DNA from: the human T2T-CHM13v2.0 reference genome, Homo sapiens
Assembly (NCBI RefSeq): GCF_009914755.1
Contig: NC_060932.1
Direction: 5' to 3' (one strand)
DNA: 64,000 nt
A program made the translations under genes and the position numbers. A model generated the notes under the pieces. That model made no database searches, was not told where the DNA came from, and saw only the letters and a program-made list of their open reading frames with translations. This document shows positions 50,570-64,000 of the stretch, in pieces (positions within the stretch are counted from its first letter, which is position 1; every line of letters begins with the position of its first letter).

Positions 50570-50780
50570 GAATATGATAAAATGGCTAGTATTCACTGAA
50601 TGCTTAACATGTTCCAGGCCCTGGGCAGGTATTATTTTAATTAGTTCTCACAATAATCCAATAAGGGAGATACTAATTTACTCAGATGAGAAAGCTGAGG
50701 CTCAGAGAGGTTAATGAACTTAGCCAAGGCTCACTGTTAATAAATAGCAAAGGTAAAATTAAATTCCATATCTGCTTGAG
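50570..50780. mobile_element. MIR
   Basis: cagatgagaaagctgaggctcagagaggttaatgaacttagccaaggctcac core. Confidence 0.75.
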
Positions 50781-52490
50781 ATAGAGGCCTTGCTCCTAAT
50801 AGCTGCAGCCTGTCAGGGCCTGGCAGCAGTAACCTCTCCTTTCCTCTTCCCACCATTCCCCTGCACTGCTTTCTGTACCACATCTCTTTTCAGAGTGATG
50901 TTGCCCCAATTGCGGAGGCCACTGTGCTGTTTATCCAGTGAAAGCTGTAGCACAGCCAACCCAAAGCGTCCCCAGTGAAAACAACCTGGCTCCTTACAGC
51001 ACTTCCAGCCTCAGAGCAGTATTTGAAAAATATCATGAATAGCAAACACAGCAGTCTGTCTGTGGCTTTTATATGTGTATATGGTGTGTGTGTATGTCCC
51101 TTCTCTTGAGCAAAATAACTTTTAGAATTATAGAAAAAAAATGTGCAACATCAATGTGGATCTGCTGTTTAAACTCATAACAGAGAAAGTAGCTTGTTTC
51201 TGGCTATAGGAGGAAAAGACGATATTCCTTAGTAAAAATGGAAATCCCCATATGGGGTTCTTGTAAAAATGAAGATAGAAAATTGCAAGTTTGGGGATCA
51301 AGTTCTGGTTCTATCATCCTTTAACAGTATGACCCTGGAACCTTAATTGCTTTGAGTCTTTGTTACTTTATCTATGAAATGAAGTATTTAAAAAAACTCC
51401 AAAAATCTGTCCTGATGTACACACAAGAGGTCAAATGAGAAAATGAATGTGAAGATGCTTTATAAACTATACAGCATGGTAGGTGCAAATGTGACATGAA
51501 CTTGTTTTGGACACATTATAAAGTCACCCCCACAAACTGTGATTGTTCAAGACTATGCAAAGTCAGACACAGGAAAATAAGTAAAACAGATGGAGGCATA
51601 AAGAGGGGGAACTCAGAGAAAACAGTGAAGAACAGGAATCAGGAAGACAAAGGAGAGGAAAGGTGGGGAGGAGAGGAGAAGGAAAGGGGGAAGGGAATGG
51701 AGGAGAGGAGAACAGCTGCTTCACAGAGCATGGCCGGCAGCCCAGTCCCAGCCTTTCTGCATGTCCCTGACTTCAGCCTCTGGTGAGGCACAGGCTTACT
51801 CTGTGCTTCCTGCTGTTACTCTTCTTATCCATCCTTATTATCAATACCTGTGGTCAACAAAGTATTTGATAAAGGCATCCTCAAAGTCAGGTAACATCTG
51901 TACATTATAGATTACAAAGTTGAGTAATATCCAGAATTGGTAGTTTAACGTGATGACTTCTTAACAATTATCACTGTTTCAGGGAAGGGCAAAGGTGTGT
52001 GTGTGTGTGTGTTCATCTGTGTGTATCTGTGTATGTAATTGTGGGTGTTTGTGTATATTTGTGAGGCTCTTTACTTGGCAGAGTTAAAAAGTATCTGGTC
52101 ATCAAGGTTGAGATTAGCAAAGGAAGTGAAGATTTTTCCAGAGCCCCTAAAATGTGCCTTTTGACCAACACTGAGGACATCTTTATAACTGAGTATGTGC
52201 AATAAATATGTCTTGGGACCCGTGCCACAAATTCCTCTCTAAATAGCCTTTACCTCTCTGGAATAACCCTTTAGATGAGGAAGAAAGGGGCTGTGATTTT
52301 ATAGCTTGTTATGAAGCTGGAGTGAAGATGATGCTTCAGTACTTACCCTACAAAGATACCCCCAATCCCTCACCCTAAAATTACCATTGAAATCATGTTC
52401 CCTTTCTCATTCACTCTCAGTTTCCATGTCAGAAAATATACCGTTACCTCCCTGCACCCCTTTCATCTCTCTCACTTTTCTCTTGCTTAG

Positions 52491-52639
52491 ATGGAAAGAC
52501 AACCCAGCAATGCCTGCAGGGCTGATGTATGAAGGAGTTTCCCAAGAGCCCCTGAAATACTCCGGCGGGAGTGCAGCTCAGAGCACAGTGCTTCATGCCT
52601 TTGATGAGTTCTTAGGCATTCGTCATAGCAAGGAAAGTG
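52491..52639 (+). CDS. IDO2: IDO2 coding exon 10 ([16 protein letters not shown]...GGSAAQS...HSKESG)
   Basis: long pyrimidine tract tag|A ... G|gtaagt; 149 nt; GGSAAQS IDO signature. Confidence 0.98.
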
Positions 52640-53796
52640 GTAAGTCAGACATTTTGTTTTCCCTTGAGAGTAGAGGGAGGAAGAGGAGAGGTGTTTTTTT
52701 TTTTTTAACCAATTGATAAAACCAAATATAAATTAAAATGTCATGAAGTTTATACTTCTCTAAGTCAGCCAAGAAACTGCATGACTGCCAATGTTTTTGT
52801 GTCAAGCCAATTAATATTGGAATATCAGATGTCAGCTTGATCTTGGGTTTTACTTCCAAATCTTAAAATGTTGCTCTGTTTCCAACTGTTCACTATCACT
52901 TTGGTTTGGATCTTTAGACACTAGCTTCGTTTTTCTGAAATGGGGGAGAGATGTGGAGTTTGAAGGCTATGAGTCTGGGCCAGCTGGAAACAGGTCTGGG
53001 CTCTTCCAAGAAAGTCCTTCCCCACAAAATGGTGCAACTTCTAGCCAAATCTATTTATACCAGCAGAGGGATCTATCACCCTGGAAGCTTGAAATTGTTC
53101 ATTTTCTTACCTGCCAGGATCAAGTTAAGTTTTTAACAGTTGCAAAAAGACACTTCATACTATGGAGTTTTCAAGTTGGATTAGAAGAAAAAGAATCACC
53201 AGAACTTAGTGTTGTAGATTCAAGTCACTTCTCTAAAACTGTCATAATTTTTCACGGATTTTGGCATTTGGTGACATTAATGGTTGATTTACTTACCATG
53301 CATAATATTAAACCCATAACAAATTTCCTATAAATATCTATTGATTTGATTTTTAAATCACTTGGCTTCAAGAGGCTATTACTAAAACAGTGACTCATTC
53401 TTTATCTTTTTTGCCTTCACGGGCTTTATATAACTTTCTCCTTTTCTTGTGCTCCCTCCAAAACAAAGCACTGAGGAAACAAAATTCACCAGAGTATTCA
53501 GCTAGTCAGTTCAAGGGTTTGTGTCCTATATTTGAAGACATTCCTTATAGCAGCTACCAACGGGATACTTTGTTTACATTTGTTGTGTAGTAAATATTTA
53601 TACATTGGCAAACAAATCTAGTTCCAACTCTGTCATCTGAGATGTTCTTACTTTGTTTCCTCTTCTCCATCTCCTGTCAACTGTTAGAAATATACATTTG
53701 AGTACGTGAAGTCTGCAAACAAAAGGGCCAAGGTAGATTTGAGTTAGGACACCAGCAACAGTTTCTGGTGCATTCTTGTCTGAAAAAGCAGAGAAG

Positions 53797-54110
53797 ACTG
53801 GGCACCGTGGGTCATGCCTGTAATCCCAAAATTTTGGAAGTCTGAGGCAGGTGGATCGCTTGAGCCCAGGAGTTCAAGACAAGCCTGGGCAACATAGCAA
53901 GAACCCGTCTCTACTAAAAGGAATACAAAAAAATATTAGCTGGGTGTGGTGGCGCACACCTGTAGTTTCAGCTACTCAGAAGACTGAGGTGGGAGGATCA
54001 CTTGAACTCAGGGGCAGAGGTGGCAGTAAGCTGAGATCACACCACTGCACTCCAGCCTGGGCAACAGAGCAAGATCTTATCTAGAGAAAAAAAAATAAAA
54101 AAGAAGAAGA
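53797..54110 (+). mobile_element. AluJ, ending about 65 nt before the last-exon acceptor
   Basis: J-type diagnostics; TSD-like aagcaga. Confidence 0.9.
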
Positions 54111-54174
54111 AGCAGACGAGCTCTGCTATATTTCCATGTGGAGCTATGACGTTATGCTGTATTGTTTCTTTCAG

Positions 54175-54530
54175 GTGACTTTCTGTACAGAATGAGGGAT
54201 TACATGCCTCCTTCCCATAAGGCCTTCATAGAAGACATCCACTCAGCACCTTCCCTGAGGGACTACATCCTGTCCTCTGGACAGGACCACTTGCTGACAG
54301 CTTATAACCAGTGTGTGCAGGCCCTGGCAGAGCTGCGGAGCTATCACATCACCATGGTCACCAAATACCTCATCACAGCTGCAGCCAAGGCAAAGCATGG
54401 GAAGCCAAACCATCTCCCAGGGCCTCCTCAGGCTTTAAAAGACAGGGGCACAGGTGGAACCGCAGTTATGAGCTTTCTTAAGAGTGTCAGGGATAAGACC
54501 TTGGAGTCAATCCTTCACCCACGTGGTTAG
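54175..54530 (+). CDS. IDO2: IDO2 last coding exon 11 ([12 protein letters not shown]...RSYH...RGTGGT...LHPRG*)
   Basis: cag|GT acceptor; Tyr359 TAT at 54342-54344 intact, followed by heme-ligand His360; GTGG loop; TAG ends at 54530, giving 420 aa by recalled numbering. Confidence 0.98.
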
Positions 54531-55325
54531 GAGGCTGCCCTCTCCCCAGCAATGCAGAGCCCCCATGGAGGGCAGGTGGGCCTGGAGAATGAGGGTTAGG
54601 GTTCTGCCTGGGATCATCCAGGAAGGATCTCAGCCCTATTCATGTTTCTGCTCTACAGAGCACTATATTCTCCTTGTTGAGAGCTGTTGGCTTCACAAAG
54701 GAGAGTTGATGTAGCCAAGCCTTTCCCTCCCTACCTGATCACTGCTTAACGGCATGTATAATGGATACTTCCTCATGCAGAACCCCCAGAGGAGTGACTG
54801 TACGCCATTCTCTTTGCCAAGTAATAGAAAACCAATCTAAATGTCAAAAATCAGATAAAATTGCCTGGGGATACATTACTTGTTGACTTTCAAAAAAAAA
54901 CAAATTCACTTAACAATTCATTAAGTTCATACTGAGCACTGCCTCCAAGATTAAAACAAGGATTTCTGTGGTCCCAGACCAGCCCTCTTCTCCCTGAATG
55001 TGTTGAGTTGGTGGCAGGAGGTTGGAAATGCTCCAGTGGAGATGGGAAGATAGAGGATGCTGACAATAAGGACTTGGAAGTCACTAGTGTGAAAATGAGC
55101 AGTTAATGATATGGGAACGGATGAGACTTTCCACGTGGTACCTAGATTTGCAAATTCTATTGTAATGCCTTTATTTTTAGAAGAATTATTCTCTCTTCTT
55201 ACTCTGAAAATCTGTATTTGTAAAATGAATGAATGGATCCTATATAAGTAAATAAGAAAACTGGGAATAAGTAGTAAATCAATGTGTTTAGTGTGCAAAT
55301 AAATGTAAATGCTTTTATTGACTTA
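54531..55325 (+). other. IDO2: IDO2 3' UTR
   Basis: Non-repetitive sequence from the stop codon to just past AATAAA; the end coordinate is inferred. Confidence 0.75.
55298..55303 (+). terminator. IDO2 polyadenylation signal AATAAA
   Basis: First canonical AATAAA noted after the stop codon, followed by a U-rich stretch. Confidence 0.75.
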
Positions 55326-55331
55326 GTTTCT

Positions 55332-61468
<6,137 letters not shown>

Positions 61469-61542
61469 TATTGACTTGGTTTCTATCTCAAGAGCTCATT
61501 CTACCTGGCAGCAGAAAATCAGAAAATTTTAATCAGGCCAAT

Positions 61543-61979
<437 letters not shown>

Positions 61980-63290
61980 TAGAATAAAATAAATTCCATT
62001 AATTGAAGGTTGCACCTCACGTTCCACGCTGTGCCCACACATATACCTGGAATAGTTTCTAAATTCCAGGGGACTGATCTAGTATCTTGATCACTGAGCA
62101 GACTCTGCCCAAGTTCACATGTGCTAAGAAGTCCCTCTCCTCACGTGGACACTGGTCAAGTGGAACCTGGGGCTTGTGTCATCATGTCTTGAAGCCCTTC
62201 ACATTCTTCAGCCCTCAAGGTCCTATCACAGTACCTGGAAAAATATCTGACTACTTCCCACATGACCTAGGAATATTTGGAGACCGTTATAACCACAACA
62301 ACCATCTCCTGTCTCCAGTGCCATTGGGGAAAGAGAATTTTGCAGCCTTGTGAACTCTCGGAGGCCCTTGGTAGGAAGCCATGAACCAGTGTCTTCCAGC
62401 TGGGGCACGGGGAGGGCCGTTCCTGTCCTATCTCCACAGAGCTTGGTCTGGCAAAGATGAGGTAGGCAGGAAAGACCAAGAGCTTCTTCTCAGAGACACT
62501 TACGGATGCTCTTCTCTGCTGCTGACACTGCCCTCTCTTTTCTAACCCATAAAGGGGATCCTTTTTCTAGTCTGGATGGGCCAAGGAAAATGCCTGGCTC
62601 TGATAGTGTCCTCTCTGCCTGTTGTTCAGGTCACAGTCTCAGCTCAAAGACTTAGCCTGCCATAACTCAGAACGCCTTTTCTCTACACATGCTGTCCTTG
62701 TGTTTGAAAAGTCTATTTTGAACCTCAAAAAGTGAGCATGAATATATTTATTGTTCTTTGATTTGCTCGGGGATCAGTAAACTCAGACTGTCTTAACTGC
62801 CTGGGCTGTGTGTGCCATGGTCCAGGGATGTGGACAGGTGGCAGGAGAGGACAGAAGCACATTGGTGAATAATCCAAAGCATTATTCTTCCCCACTGTCA
62901 CTCTCAGGTATAAAGCACATGACCTTTAGAATAAGACCTATCTTTGAATTCTGACTTTCCTGTTTTTAAAACAATATGTTTTTTGACCAATTTCAGAAAG
63001 TCACTAATTCTCAGATTCCTGTTTCTTATAAAATCGAGATGATCAGATGGGCCTCAAGGTAGATACAAATAAGAGAAGTGATAATGCCTGTCACGAAGGG
63101 AAAATGTCAACAAAAGTTTATTTGATTATGAGGTGGGGCTCAGAGCATAGGTTGTGTAGATGTCAGTCAAGAGAGAACATTATATTCCTCCAGCTTCTTG
63201 AATCCATAGCAGTAAAATGACTGTTTCTCATTTGGATATGTGGGGAGGTAGAAACTGACAAAACTACGGGCTTCAAGAGCTGAAAAACCA

Positions 63291-63592
<302 letters not shown>

Positions 63593-64000
63593 GAGCTGAA
63601 AAATCTGGGTTTGTATTCCAGCTTTGTCACTGACAGACATGTTTCCTAAACTTTCAGGGCCACAGTTTACTCATTTATAAAAAAGGTGATTTCATAATTA
63701 CTGTATGGAGCTAAATGGTGGTTATCACATTACCATTCCCCCTGTTTGATCCTTGAACCGGAGAGAATCATGCCTAGGGGTTCCTAAGAACCAGAACAGA
63801 AATTGGAACTGGTGTCTAGTTGGTGAAGAAAAGGGATAATATGACACCCAATCAAGCAAGCAAAGTGAGAGAAGGTCTGGATTTGTCTTGAAATCATGTA
63901 GACATGTAGTGAGTGATGACAAGGACCCTTGAGAATTTAAGAAAGGATGCCACGGTCACTTTAGCTTTTAAACCTAGACCTGTACTAAATGGGGACCTAT

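Noticed and set aside
54342-54344. Y359X nonsense allele
   Set aside because: The codon is TAT, and the frame is open to the normal stop.

Overview
Human genomic DNA covering most of IDO2 (indoleamine 2,3-dioxygenase 2) on the + strand. Nine coding exons (conventional exons 3-11, residues 47-420 of the 420-aa form) splice with GT-AG boundaries into one continuous frame and include a 15-nt microexon. The 3' UTR ends at an AATAAA at 55298. The first exons lie upstream of the window. This haplotype encodes Trp at residue 248 (the low-activity R248W allele) and keeps Tyr359. The rest is dense primate repeat: about 45 Alus, a near-full-length Tigger1, MADE1, MER58, MER47A, MaLR/ERV LTRs, L2/MIR and old L1 remnants. 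Features not shown by the ORF track: (i) a decayed antisense NFYB processed pseudogene in intron 8 that hosts an Alu > LTR13 > orphan polyadenylated retrocopy nest; (ii) a full-length L1PA inserted in the IDO2 poly(A) cleavage zone, with a 16-bp TSD and an open ORF0; (iii) an inverted 128-bp copy of the L1 ORF1 start captured inside the neighbouring Alu; (iv) a GC-rich promoter-like island upstream of an ATG-starting exon; (v) several local duplication or template-switch scars. I found no evidence for a wholly new multi-gene system. Repeat family names and reference-protein comparisons are from memory, and repeat boundaries are approximate unless TSDs are given.
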